In this document: one piece after another, positions 10,156 through 20,812 of the stretch | How positions within the stretch are numbered: the stretch's first letter is position 1 | Layout: each line of letters starts with the position of its first letter | Source of the DNA: Candidatus Helarchaeota archaeon | Lineage (GTDB): Archaea > Asgardarchaeota > Lokiarchaeia > Helarchaeales > RDOG01 | Direction of reading: 5' to 3' | Length of the DNA stretch: 64,000 nt | Assembly (NCBI GenBank): GCA_019058315.1 | Contig: JAHPZH010000001.1 | Location: 1,073,432 to 1,137,431 of the forward strand | The notes under the pieces: generated by a model | Databases searched by the model: none | The model's input: the letters and a program-made list of their open reading frames with translations, nothing else | Told to the model about the DNA's origin: nothing | Position numbers and translations under genes: made by a program

Positions 10156-10908
10156 ATGAATATAGAAAACATATTATTTGATATGGGCTTCACTCTCATA
10201 ACGTTTAACAACTTCACACTCAAAGATTATTTAAAAAGTCTTTCAAAAAACATTCAAGATTTACAATCTTATTTATTAGAAAATGATATTATAACCAACA
10301 ATAATTTTGGAGAAATTTTAAAGAGGAATCAAAAGCATTATTTTCAAAAGTCATTTCTAACTGATGATGAGTATTCAATAGAATTTATTTTGAAAGAGTC
10401 ATTTAAAGAGATAGGATTAGCTTCTGAAGAAATTAAGGGCACTCTTATTGATGAAGCTGCAGGAATTCTAAACTCTAAAGACGCTAAAAACTGGATTGCT
10501 TACCCTGATTCAGAATCTACTCTTCAAAAATTGAAGAAAAAGGGCTTTAAACTTGCAATTGTATCCAATGCTCCTTCACATGGAGGAGTACTTCATATTT
10601 TAAAAATGAATAATCTATCCAAATATTTTGATACAATTATTTCTTCAGCGCTTGCAAAAGTTAGAAAACCTAGGTCAAAAATCTTTGAATTGGCACTCTC
10701 AAATTTAAAAGCCAAGAGCTCTAATTCCATTTTCATAGGAGATGACTTATATTGTGATATCTACGGAGCCCAAAAATTAGGCATGAAAGCAATTCATCTC
10801 AACAAAGGATTTGAACTTCCTTCACCAAAAGAAATTAATATTAAACCTGATGAAAGAGTAAATAAAATCAGTGAAATAATTCCAATAATTGAAGAATGGA
10901 TAAAATAA
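10156..10908 (+). CDS. HAD-superfamily hydrolase
   Basis: FDMGFTL, VSN, RKP, GDDLYCD. Confidence 0.85.
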   Translation: MNIENILFDMGFTLITFNNFTLKDYLKSLSKNIQDLQSYLLENDIITNNNFGEILKRNQKHYFQKSFLTDDEYSIEFILKESFKEIGLASEEIKGTLIDEAAGILNSKDAKNWIAYPDSESTLQKLKKKGFKLAIVSNAPSHGGVLHILKMNNLSKYFDTIISSALAKVRKPRSKIFELALSNLKAKSSNSIFIGDDLYCDIYGAQKLGMKAIHLNKGFELPSPKEINIKPDERVNKISEIIPIIEEWIK

Positions 10909-10931
10909 TTTTGGAGTTTAAACCATATTTC

Positions 10932-13862
10932 TTATCCCATATCTTCTTCTAAATCATCAAAATCAGAAAGTTCGCTTAGTGTCTCAAGATATTCTGAGGG
11001 ATTGATTATAAATTCGATAAATTCTAATATAAGTTCCTCATTTCTTTCTTCGATTGTTTCCTCTTCTTCTATTAATTTATCATATTCTGCAAGTTCACTA
11101 ATATATTCATAAGGATTAAATAATAAGTCAATAAGATCATTTATTTCCTCTGTTAACGGAGCTTCAGGGATTGGTAAGGGTCCTATTATTTCTGGTTTTT
11201 TAGTAATTTCTACAGACGGCTTAATTTTTTCTAATTTTTGTATCCTTAAACGCTTTTTTTCTTCTAATTTTTTCTTTATTTCTTGACGCCGTTTATCTTC
11301 TTCTGCTCTAAATTTTTTAACTCGTAATTTTCTTTCCTCTAATATTTTTTGAAATTCTTGTTCTCTTTTTTTAGAATCTTCTTCAAGTTTGATTTTTTCT
11401 GCCCGTAATTTTTTTACCTCTTCCTCTAAGGCTTTTCTCCGTTTAATGAGTTTAATCCTTCTAATCCTTTCACGCTCCCTTACTGCTTTTAATCTCTGTT
11501 TTCTGACTGTTGTTAAAGCTTCTTCTTTTGCTTTCTCTTTAGCTATGCGTTTTTTATGTCTTTCTTCATATAATTTCTGACGTTCTTCACGCAATTTTTT
11601 CTGCAGTTCAATTACATTTATTTTTTCCTTCTCTTCTTCTTTTTTCTTTTGTTCTTCGATTTTTTTCTTCTCTGCTGCCTCTTTTTCTAGTTTTTGAAGA
11701 AGTAATTTTCGTTCTCCTTCCTTTTTTCTCTGTTCTTCTTCCTCTTTTAATCTTCTTTTTTCTTGTAATTCTTGCCATCTTTGAGTTTTGTCATCCTCTG
11801 TCTGTAATTTTTCCCAAAGTAAATTTTTTAATTCATCTTCATCAAAGATTTGAATTGATTTATTCCAATTCATTAATTTTTTAACAGATTCCCGATAATT
11901 ACGAAAATCTTGTGGGGAAACTGGATCTGCAAAAAATACTACTAAATCTGCAGCCTCTGGAGGAAGTAGGTTCCGTTCAAATATTTCAATTAGCTGTTTA
12001 TAACCAATTCTTTTTTCAGAAATTTTTTTAATAAAAAATAATTCTAATTTATTAACAACTTCTGATAAGTTTGATTTTTTAAAGACATCTCTTAATTTTA
12101 CATATTCACTTTCAAGCTTTTTTCCGGTCATATTTTGGAAAAAATCCTCAAAATTATCAAATTCTAGCAATTTAAGGGTATTTGTTCGAAATTCTTCATC
12201 TTTAATACTCAAAATTGCATTTAAAGATTTATTTTTTAGAAAGCTTGAAATAAATTGTTCTTTTAATAATTCAGGCTTGGGGTGAATTTCCAGTATTAAT
12301 TTAAAAAATTCGATATTATAATCAATATTTTTAAAAAATGGTTCATATTCTTCTTCCAAATATTCGAAAATCGCTTTAAAATCCTCACTCCAGAAACTTT
12401 CCCCACCTAACCCATACAAGACTAGCAAACCTTCCCCAACAGGGAGTATTAAAAAAACAGGAACGAAATTTCCCTCCATTATTACTTCTCCCTTTTTATC
12501 TGTTAAAAAATGAACATAATTTTCTACGAGACGTTTTCCTTCAATTAATTTTCCTTCTCTATTCTTATTAAAGAATAATAGATTTGGGTTAATATGGAGA
12601 AGCTTCTCAGAATCATTATAGACTGCTGAAAACCCAAATACTTGATAAAAACCAAGAAATTTTTCTAAATAATCCTGATCTAATGGAAAAATAATTATTG
12701 ATTTTCCGCCTTTCTTTAAATATGTTTTTACAAATTCTGCTTCCTCTTCAGTCCACTCTTCCTTTCTTACTTTATTTTTATCACCTTTCTGAGGTAAAAA
12801 AACTAATAAAATATCCTGAATTTTCTCGCCTTCTACAAGTTCATTAATTGAGTAAAATTCTATATTTGGAGGTTTAATTTGTTTGACTTTTTCCTCATTG
12901 AAGAGACCAATGATATCAATTTTTATAGTTTTCTTTTCAGAAATCTTTTTATTATAAAATAATTCTAATTTTTTTACAATATCGACTAATTTTAATTTTT
13001 TAAGCACATTCCTTAATTTTAAATATTCATTTTCAAACTTTTTTCCAGTTATATTTTGAAATTTAGATTCAAAGTGTTCAAACTCTAATAATTTAAGTGT
13101 TTCTATTCGAAATTCTTCATCCTCAAGATTTAGAATTTCATCAATAGATTTACTATTAATAAGGCTACGTATGAATTTATCTTTTAAGAATTCAAGTTTA
13201 GGGTAATTTTTTAAAATATTTTTGAATAATTCAACATTAAATTCAATCTTATTAAAGATATAATCATAATCTTCAATTAAATATCTAAATATTTGTTCCA
13301 AATTCTCCATCCAAAAATATTCCTCTCCTAGACCATATAAAAATAGTGAACCTTTTTTAAAAGGGAGCAATATACAAACAGGTAGATCATTTACCTCTAT
13401 TATTCTTTCTCCCTCTTTATCTATTGTAAAATGAACATAATTTTCTACTGAACGTTTTGTATCTGTTATTTTTCCTTCTTTATCTCTATCTAAAATTAAT
13501 AGATTTGGATTAACTTTGAGTTCTTGTTTAGTATTATTGTATTCTGAAGAAAACCCAAATATTTCATGAAACGCAGAAAAATTTTCTATTTCGTTTTGAT
13601 CCAAAGGAAAAACGATTATGGCCCTTCCACCATTTTCTAGATATTTTTTTACATACTCTACTTCTTCCTTATGCCAGCCATCTTCTCTTATTTCATTCTC
13701 ATCTCCCTTACGAGGTAAAAAAATCAATAGAACATCTTGAACTTCCTCGCCTTCTACAAGTTCGTTGATTACAAAAAATTCTACATTTGGTATATTAACT
13801 TTTTTGACTTTTTCTTCATCAAAGAGCCCAATAATATCCACATTTAAAGTTATATTGATCAT
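10932..13862 (-). CDS. Large hypothetical protein: two tandem ~310-aa domains, a charged helical rod and an acidic C-terminus
   Basis: DIIGLFDEEKVK...INELVEGE recurs as DIIGLFNEEKVK...INELVEGE; long E/K/R-rich segment follows. Confidence 0.8.
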   Translation of the reverse strand: MINITLNVDIIGLFDEEKVKKVNIPNVEFFVINELVEGEEVQDVLLIFLPRKGDENEIREDGWHKEEVEYVKKYLENGGRAIIVFPLDQNEIENFSAFHEIFGFSSEYNNTKQELKVNPNLLILDRDKEGKITDTKRSVENYVHFTIDKEGERIIEVNDLPVCILLPFKKGSLFLYGLGEEYFWMENLEQIFRYLIEDYDYIFNKIEFNVELFKNILKNYPKLEFLKDKFIRSLINSKSIDEILNLEDEEFRIETLKLLEFEHFESKFQNITGKKFENEYLKLRNVLKKLKLVDIVKKLELFYNKKISEKKTIKIDIIGLFNEEKVKQIKPPNIEFYSINELVEGEKIQDILLVFLPQKGDKNKVRKEEWTEEEAEFVKTYLKKGGKSIIIFPLDQDYLEKFLGFYQVFGFSAVYNDSEKLLHINPNLLFFNKNREGKLIEGKRLVENYVHFLTDKKGEVIMEGNFVPVFLILPVGEGLLVLYGLGGESFWSEDFKAIFEYLEEEYEPFFKNIDYNIEFFKLILEIHPKPELLKEQFISSFLKNKSLNAILSIKDEEFRTNTLKLLEFDNFEDFFQNMTGKKLESEYVKLRDVFKKSNLSEVVNKLELFFIKKISEKRIGYKQLIEIFERNLLPPEAADLVVFFADPVSPQDFRNYRESVKKLMNWNKSIQIFDEDELKNLLWEKLQTEDDKTQRWQELQEKRRLKEEEEQRKKEGERKLLLQKLEKEAAEKKKIEEQKKKEEEKEKINVIELQKKLREERQKLYEERHKKRIAKEKAKEEALTTVRKQRLKAVRERERIRRIKLIKRRKALEEEVKKLRAEKIKLEEDSKKREQEFQKILEERKLRVKKFRAEEDKRRQEIKKKLEEKKRLRIQKLEKIKPSVEITKKPEIIGPLPIPEAPLTEEINDLIDLLFNPYEYISELAEYDKLIEEEETIEERNEELILEFIEFIINPSEYLETLSELSDFDDLEEDMG

Positions 13863-14186
13863 CTCAATTATTATATATTCAATAAATGAAATTCGGAATT
13901 ATTCATTCATTAATCTTACAATTAAAGATTTACTTTTCTTTCTGATAACTTTGTGTTTTAATTCTTATAAATTTCTTACTTGATATTATTTTCAATTTCC
14001 ATAAGAAATTTAGGGAGAGTTTTAAATTTTAAAATTATTTTATAAGAATTTTTTAAAAAATGAAAAAAATTACTACCGAAATTTTAATTTTTAAACTTTT
14101 TAAGCTAGTATTATTTAGAAAATACCAGTCAGAATTAAATATTTCATTAAACCCATCTATATTATACAAAAAGATTTAAATATAAG

Positions 14187-14507
14187 GTGGTTTATATGAA
14201 TAAAATAAATTCTTTCAAAAGAGAACTCCGAAGACATGGATTTTATCCTGTTAGAAATGGAAATCCTTTAGCACCGGTATTTGTAAAACATACTAGTGAA
14301 TTTGGGGGAATGTACGCTAATATTAACAAAGATCATACCTCTATTAGAATTAATGATGTAAAAAGTAGTTATAATTTTGACAATCAAAAAGAATTAAAAA
14401 AATTTTTAAAAGGTATGGAAGACGGTTTCGCTAAATTTCAGTTTTCTAAAATCTTATCTCGAAAATTAATCGTAAACATCATAGAGGATGCTTTAGAAAG
14501 AATCTAA
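14187..14507 (+). CDS. Hypothetical protein
   Basis: 106-aa ORF; AGGTGG RBS-like element precedes the ATG at 14197, the likely true start. Confidence 0.6.
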   Translation: MVYMNKINSFKRELRRHGFYPVRNGNPLAPVFVKHTSEFGGMYANINKDHTSIRINDVKSSYNFDNQKELKKFLKGMEDGFAKFQFSKILSRKLIVNIIEDALERI

Positions 14508-14644
14508 TATTTTTATTTATTTTTTATATTAAGAGAGACTCTTTTTAATATTAATTTTTAAAGTTCTTTTTGTTATTTTGATAAAAGGTTATAGATGATC
14601 TTATTCTTCTTTATTGAGTTATAGAATAAATTTGGAGTGATACA

Positions 14645-16417
14645 ATGGGTTCTTTTATGAGTCCCAAGGAATCGGAATTTTATAATCGTTTTATACGAGA
14701 TTTGGCGAGTGTTAATGAGGAACCAAATCATAGTTTTGGTTTCTTTATAGAAAAATGGGCTGAAGAGATTCCTGATAATATTGCTTTATATTTTCAAGAT
14801 GATTCTTGGACTTGGCAAGCTTTTAATGATGAGAGTAATAAAATTTCTAACTTCTTTCTTAATTTGGGTCTAAATCAAGGTGAATGCGTAGCATTAATGC
14901 TAGAAAATTCTCCAGAACACCTCTTTCTTACAAGTGGAATTAATAAAATTCAAGGTATTAGTGCTTTAGTTAATTTCAATCAAAAAAAGCAAGCATTATC
15001 CCATTCCTTCAAAATAGTAAATCCGAAATTTATTGTAATAGATGGGGACAATTTACATTCTTTTTATGAAATTATTGACGATATTCCTCTCAAAAACGAC
15101 CAAATATTTGTAGTTAATAATAAAAAAGATATTCCACATGATTTTATGGATTTACCAAGTGAAATTAAATCGATATCCAAAACAAATCCCGAACCTCCCC
15201 TCGATTCTATTCTAGAAGATACAGCACTTTATATTTATACTTCAGGTACAACCGGACTCCCTAAAGCAGTAATTGCACCCAATGTAAAAATTTTTACTCA
15301 AGGATTCTTTTTAGGATTATCCCTAACAGATTTAACTCCCGAAGATGTTGTTTATATACCCACTCCTTTATATCACAATCTTTCTATAGGTTGTGCTTGG
15401 ATTGGAGCACTTGTTTCAGGATCTACAACAGCTTTAAGAAAAAGATTTTCTGCTTCTGAATTTTGGAAAGATATTAAAAAATACAATGCAACTTATACAA
15501 TTTACGTCGGGGAAATACCACGTTATCTTCTTAATCAACCAGAATCTGAGTATGAAAAAAATACACCTCTTAAGAAAATGGTCGGATTAGGTCTTCGAAA
15601 AGATATTTGGGAGAAATTTAAAGCTCGATTCCAAGTTGAACATATTTATGAATTCTATGGTTCTACGGAAGGGCATTATAGCCTTATAAATATTGATGAA
15701 GTTCCAGGGATGGTTGGGCGTAATAATATGGTTGGTCTTGTTCTTGCAAAATGTGATCCAGACACGGGTGAATTATATAAAAATAATCGAGGTTTTTGCA
15801 TTAAATGTAAACCTGGAGATGTTGGAATGGCCATGCTTAAAGTAGATAAGAAAAGCGTCTTTAGAGGGTATAGAAATAAAGAAAAAACTCAAAAGAAAAT
15901 GATTTCTGACGTTTTTCGAAAAACTGATTGTTATTTTAATACTGGTGATATGTTACAGTTACATAATGATTTATGGATTTCATTCTATGATAGATTTGGT
16001 GATACATTTCGTTGGAAGAGTGAAAATGTTTCTACATTAGAAGTTGAGGCAATTTTAAATTCCTATCCTTCCATACTTATATCAGCGGTTTATGGTGTGG
16101 CAATACCAAATACAGAAGGAAAAGCTGGAATGGCTGCCATTACATTACATGATTTAATTAAATTTAATATTGATGAATTCTCTCAATTTGTCACTGATGT
16201 TTTACCAAAATATGCAATTCCAGTTTTTATTCGTATTTGTGAGGAGCTTGAACTAACAGGACCTATGAAAATAAAAAAAGTAAATCTTCGAAAAGAAGCT
16301 TATGAAATTGATAAAATTAAAGATCCTGTATATTTTTGGAACTCTAAGAATAAAAAATATACTTCTTTTAGTAAAATAGAATATAAGGATTTACTAGAAG
16401 GTAAAATAAGGATGTAG
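14645..16417 (+). CDS. FATP/FadD6-like long-chain acyl-CoA synthetase
   Basis: YTSGTTGLPK, YGSTEG, FNTGD, DRFGDTFRWKSENVST, EGKAGMAA. Confidence 0.92.
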   Translation: MGSFMSPKESEFYNRFIRDLASVNEEPNHSFGFFIEKWAEEIPDNIALYFQDDSWTWQAFNDESNKISNFFLNLGLNQGECVALMLENSPEHLFLTSGINKIQGISALVNFNQKKQALSHSFKIVNPKFIVIDGDNLHSFYEIIDDIPLKNDQIFVVNNKKDIPHDFMDLPSEIKSISKTNPEPPLDSILEDTALYIYTSGTTGLPKAVIAPNVKIFTQGFFLGLSLTDLTPEDVVYIPTPLYHNLSIGCAWIGALVSGSTTALRKRFSASEFWKDIKKYNATYTIYVGEIPRYLLNQPESEYEKNTPLKKMVGLGLRKDIWEKFKARFQVEHIYEFYGSTEGHYSLINIDEVPGMVGRNNMVGLVLAKCDPDTGELYKNNRGFCIKCKPGDVGMAMLKVDKKSVFRGYRNKEKTQKKMISDVFRKTDCYFNTGDMLQLHNDLWISFYDRFGDTFRWKSENVSTLEVEAILNSYPSILISAVYGVAIPNTEGKAGMAAITLHDLIKFNIDEFSQFVTDVLPKYAIPVFIRICEELELTGPMKIKKVNLRKEAYEIDKIKDPVYFWNSKNKKYTSFSKIEYKDLLEGKIRM

Positions 16418-16446
16418 CAACTAAAAAACTCATTCTTTTTAAATAT

Positions 16447-17085
16447 TTATTTTTTCTTTAATCTAAACCACATTTGTTGAATTTTATCATCAAATATTTT
16501 TTCAGGAAAATTTGTAGATTCCAATTCTTCAAAGCCAAATTTATTAAATATTTTTACCATTTCATTTTTTGAATAATAAGCGAAATAACGAGGAGATCCT
16601 GGGTATGATTTTGGATTTTCTTCAAGACCTTCTCCAGTTCCTAATTTGAAATTTAATGAAATTACTCCATTATTTTTAAGAACTCTTTTAAATTCTTTAA
16701 CTAATACATTAATTTCTGATTTTGGGATATGATAAATACAGCCACTTATCCAAATGCCATCAAAATAGTTATTATCAAAATTTAATCTACGCATATCCAT
16801 TAATTGAAATTTACCCTTTGGATAATATTTTTTGGCTTCTTCTAACATACTTTTTGATAAGTCAATACCAATAGCTTTTCCATCATTTTCTTCTTCTATG
16901 ATCTTACAGTGACGACCATCTCCACATCCGACATCAAGAATAAGAGGTTTTGAAATTGATATATAGAAGATTAATTTGCGAATATATTCTTTCTCCCATT
17001 CTATAAATTTTGATACTCTAGTTGCTTTGCAATAATTAGATGCAATTTTATTATAAGTCTGAATTGTTCTCTTATTTACATCCAT
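16447..17085 (-). CDS. Class I SAM-dependent methyltransferase
   Basis: ILDVGCGDG, GIDLS, FDGIW, RVLKNNG. Confidence 0.88.
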   Translation of the reverse strand: MDVNKRTIQTYNKIASNYCKATRVSKFIEWEKEYIRKLIFYISISKPLILDVGCGDGRHCKIIEEENDGKAIGIDLSKSMLEEAKKYYPKGKFQLMDMRRLNFDNNYFDGIWISGCIYHIPKSEINVLVKEFKRVLKNNGVISLNFKLGTGEGLEENPKSYPGSPRYFAYYSKNEMVKIFNKFGFEELESTNFPEKIFDDKIQQMWFRLKKK

Positions 17086-17106
17086 ATTTATACATCTTTT
17101 TTTATA

Positions 17107-18423
17107 TTATTTATTATCAAAATAAGATAACCATTTGGATTCAGCTTCAAACATTTCATCAACCATTTTTCGAATCTCATGTGGTGCAAGAAACGAATTT
17201 GTATTCGGATCCATCATAATTGCATGATGCACTAATTCTCTATCTCTGGCTAAAGCTGCCTTTACCGCAATACCTTGAACTAAAATATTGCTCATATTAA
17301 GAGCGGCACAACCTGGAGGTAATTCGCCCACGTATGATGGATGAATACCAGTAGCATCAGCGTAGCACGGCACTTCCACGCAACATCCATCAGGAAGATT
17401 AGTTATAAGTCCTGTATTTCTTATATTGCCATTGAATCGGAAGGGTTTATCAGTAATTATGCCATTTATAATGCCAGAACAATATTCAACACTTTTTTTT
17501 CCAAATTTAATTTTTTTCTTATCCGAAAGAAGCCTTCTAAATGTTTTCTCGTCTTCTTTTTCTGCTTCCACGCTTAATTTATAATAAAAATTATCTTCAC
17601 CTTCATAACCGGTCCCTCCAAATCTATCCATTAATTCTTTACGCTTTCGAAAGAAAGGAAGATACTCGCTTAAATGTCCACTAGACTCAGTCATATAATA
17701 ACCAAAATGACGAAACATCTCAATCCTAATTTTATCATTAGCTAAAGGTGGACCTTCAAAAAGTTTTTTACGAATTTTAGGATATAAATCTTCTTCATTT
17801 TTTCGAAATTCTAAAAACCACGCCATATGATTTATACCTGCAGCTAAATAGGTACATTCTTTTATATGCACTCCTGCCCAACGAGATAATAAATACGCAG
17901 TATGCTGAACGCCGTGACATAGACCCACATTAGGAACATCAGTTGCCTCATTCATTGCCCAACAATTCATTGCCATAGGATTTGCATAATTCAAAATTAA
18001 GGCTTTAGGTTTACTAAATTCTTTCATATCTGAACAAATATCTAATAGGACAGGAATCGTACGAAGAAATCGAAATACTCCTCCAGGACCTAAAGTATCT
18101 CCGATACACTGTGTCATGCCATATTTAGCAGGAATTTCCAAATCAAATTTTGTAGCCTCTAAACCTCCTACTTGTATCATTATAATTACAAAATCAGCAT
18201 CTTTTAAAGCTTTATGTCTATATGTTGTTACTTCAAATTTTGTGGGTAGATCCTCTTGTTTTTTAATCTTATGGCATAGTGCTTCTATGTGGTTAAGACG
18301 TTTTTCATCTATATCCATTAAGGCTATAGTACTATCCCTTAGTTTCTCAAAAGATAAAATATCTAAAAGCAGTTGTTTACTAAAAACAATACTGCCTGCT
18401 CCAATGAATGTAATTTTTACCAC
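17107..18423 (-). CDS. melA: GH4 NAD+-dependent alpha-galactosidase
   Basis: IGAGS, IGDTLGPGG, NYANP, GLCH, GINH, TESSGH. Confidence 0.9.
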   Translation of the reverse strand: MVKITFIGAGSIVFSKQLLLDILSFEKLRDSTIALMDIDEKRLNHIEALCHKIKKQEDLPTKFEVTTYRHKALKDADFVIIMIQVGGLEATKFDLEIPAKYGMTQCIGDTLGPGGVFRFLRTIPVLLDICSDMKEFSKPKALILNYANPMAMNCWAMNEATDVPNVGLCHGVQHTAYLLSRWAGVHIKECTYLAAGINHMAWFLEFRKNEEDLYPKIRKKLFEGPPLANDKIRIEMFRHFGYYMTESSGHLSEYLPFFRKRKELMDRFGGTGYEGEDNFYYKLSVEAEKEDEKTFRRLLSDKKKIKFGKKSVEYCSGIINGIITDKPFRFNGNIRNTGLITNLPDGCCVEVPCYADATGIHPSYVGELPPGCAALNMSNILVQGIAVKAALARDRELVHHAIMMDPNTNSFLAPHEIRKMVDEMFEAESKWLSYFDNK

Positions 18424-18608
18424 ATTAGACTCTCCTAAATATCAATTTAAAGGACTTATTTTATTATTAAATTAAAATATGTGTCTTACTCATCTTGTTT
18501 AGAAATTAATTTAATCATAATTTTAATAAATTATTGCTACATAGTATTTATAATTTAAATTAAAAGGATTTTTATTAAGAAATATACATTTTAGGAGGTG
18601 AGCTGGGT

Positions 18609-18962
18609 TTGGGAACAAGTAGTAAGAAATGGTTTATATTAGGGTTAGTTGGGACGATAATCGCGGCTGGAGCTGGCGTTAACATAATAACAAGCTTATT
18701 AAATATTATGAACCTTAATCGTTCGATTAATGCTAGTATTGTAACACTATTATTATTTCAATATCTTTATTCAGAAATGAATGGTGGAATGGATGTATTC
18801 TTATTAACGCAGATTATGGCTTCGATAAGTAGAAATATTAGAATGCAAGGAATTTATAGACTTACCTTTTATATTGGGATAGTTACAGCTGTTGTTGGAG
18901 GAATTCTTGCTTTAGTTGGTTGGATAAATAAATTGCTACAAAATAAGAGTGAAATGTATTAA
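18609..18962 (+). CDS. Small membrane protein
   Basis: Two to three hydrophobic helices; GGAGGTGA RBS upstream of TTG. Confidence 0.7.
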   Translation: MGTSSKKWFILGLVGTIIAAGAGVNIITSLLNIMNLNRSINASIVTLLLFQYLYSEMNGGMDVFLLTQIMASISRNIRMQGIYRLTFYIGIVTAVVGGILALVGWINKLLQNKSEMY

Positions 18963-19004
18963 ATAAACTTGATAGAAAAAAATTAATACTAATCTTAAAC
19001 ACTA

Positions 19005-19349
19005 ATGTACAGAACTGCTTTAATGGAATTGGTAAAAATTTCAAGAAAACCCAATGTCATCTCAGAAATTTCTATGAACGATTTTAATATTTTAAAAAGT
19101 AAGGGAATCCTCACCCGAATCAGATTTGGAAAAGCGGATATAAGCATTGATTTCCTAAAAAATTGGTATGATCATATAAAAGTAAAATTTGGTATAGGTA
19201 TTGTAGATAATAACATAATAAATGACTCACAACTGGATGAAGAATTTGAAACATTTTTAAAAGAAAAATATCAAATTACAGACACCAATCTGCTTATTTT
19301 TCTACAGAAATATTTTAGAGATCTAATTATTGGATTCAGAATAAAATAA
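19005..19349 (+). CDS. Hypothetical protein
   Basis: 114-aa ORF filling an intergenic gap. Confidence 0.55.
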   Translation: MYRTALMELVKISRKPNVISEISMNDFNILKSKGILTRIRFGKADISIDFLKNWYDHIKVKFGIGIVDNNIINDSQLDEEFETFLKEKYQITDTNLLIFLQKYFRDLIIGFRIK

Positions 19350-19522
19350 AATTGGAATTAAGAAATTTTTTAATTGATATAGATTATCTAAACTCCTCCC
19401 TACTTGATGACTATCTATATGTCTTAAATATTTTCTTTTAAATTTACTAAAAACAAATTTTGTATTAGTTTAAATATATCGGTTAAGATTAAAAATCAAA
19501 TAATTGTTTTTTTGGTGCTTTT

Positions 19523-19765
19523 ATGACTATAGATTTACAAGAAAATTTTCATAACAGTGTATTTAGAAATAAAATGAGGTATGGTAAATTAATTTGCCCT
19601 ATATGTGGGGAAGATATACAAAAAATTTCTAAAAGAAATCAATTTATCAATTCACCCGCAGGTATTTACTTAGTTTTCTCATCAAATCGATGCAAGATGA
19701 AATTCGTCTCACTAATAAATCAAGACAATTCAGAATTGAATATAAAGAAAATCCTTGAGGACTAA
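19523..19765 (+). CDS. Small TRASH/YHS-like protein
   Basis: CPICG...YLVFSSNRC..KF; GGTG RBS. Confidence 0.55.
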   Translation: MTIDLQENFHNSVFRNKMRYGKLICPICGEDIQKISKRNQFINSPAGIYLVFSSNRCKMKFVSLINQDNSELNIKKILED

Positions 19766-19815
19766 TTTAATTTATATTTTGAATCCATAAGTTAATTCGG
19801 TAATGAATTCCCTGA

Positions 19816-20202
19816 TTAAATAATAAAAAGTTGTTCAATTAATTGCATAAAGGCGTTTAATTTCTTATTTTTTTCATCATTTTTTAAAAAATTAAGTAAG
19901 ATTTCTATTATTTTTATGATATCATAGTTAACAAAGCCTAATTGCTTCAGATCTTCTATTAAATTTGAAAATTTTAGTAACTCTTTCTGATTACCTAAAA
20001 ATGCTGGAGAAATTACTTTTGGTGTCCTAAGAAAGTCTTCAAAATCTTTAATATTAACAAAATCCGATAAATTTGAAATTGTCTCGCATAATTCTTTAAA
20101 TGTTTTGCGAAATCTGGGATTGAAATCATTAATATTTTCTTTGATAGATAATTTATAATATCTTTGAATTATTTTATGCAAAGGCACTATAGATTCTTTC
20201 AA
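19816..20202 (-). CDS. Hypothetical helical protein
   Basis: 128-aa ORF, no recognised motif. Confidence 0.5.
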   Translation of the reverse strand: MKESIVPLHKIIQRYYKLSIKENINDFNPRFRKTFKELCETISNLSDFVNIKDFEDFLRTPKVISPAFLGNQKELLKFSNLIEDLKQLGFVNYDIIKIIEILLNFLKNDEKNKKLNAFMQLIEQLFII

Positions 20203-20292
20203 ACCAAAAAAACTTCCTTAATAAGATGATGATTTTTTTTGTTTGATTAATTTTTTAAATCTTGTTTCCTAAAAATCTTAAGGTGTAATTAA

Positions 20293-20580
20293 ATGAGCGA
20301 AGTCAAAGTTATAAAAGGCATGGCTGGAACAATAATGAACTATAGGCGTAGCCGACACACTCAACACACGAAACATATTTTGATTAAATTTGATGATTAT
20401 AATAATGATAAAGAAGCAGCTAAATTAATTGGTAGAGAAGTCGTTTGGGAAACTAAATCAGGTAAATTTATAAGAGGTAAAATTGTAGCAACTCATGGGA
20501 AAAAAGGTGTAGTCAGGGCTATTTTTAATAAAGGTTTGCCAGGTGAAGCCTTAGGAACCAAACTTAAAATTTGGAAATAA
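20293..20580 (+). CDS. rpl35ae: 50S ribosomal protein L35Ae
   Basis: YRRSRHTQH, GKIVATHGKKGVVRAIF..GLPG. Confidence 0.95.
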   Translation: MSEVKVIKGMAGTIMNYRRSRHTQHTKHILIKFDDYNNDKEAAKLIGREVVWETKSGKFIRGKIVATHGKKGVVRAIFNKGLPGEALGTKLKIWK

Positions 20581-20812
20581 AAATTCCAATTAATATCCAT
20601 CTTTGGTATGTTTTAATTTCTAATTTTCAAATATTGAATAATATAAGAATATTTTTACTTATTATAACACAAAATTCAACTTACATAAACATTAATTGGT
20701 TAGGTTAAAATAAGAACATGTGGATTATATTTATAATTATTAACTATATGGTTGATAAATTAAGAATGCATTATTAGATAGAAATAAATTCAAATTTTTA
20801 CATAATAAAATC

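Noticed and set aside
20226-20250. Perfect box C (ATGATGA) upstream of rpl35ae
   Set aside because: Followed by poly-T, with no D box or guide.
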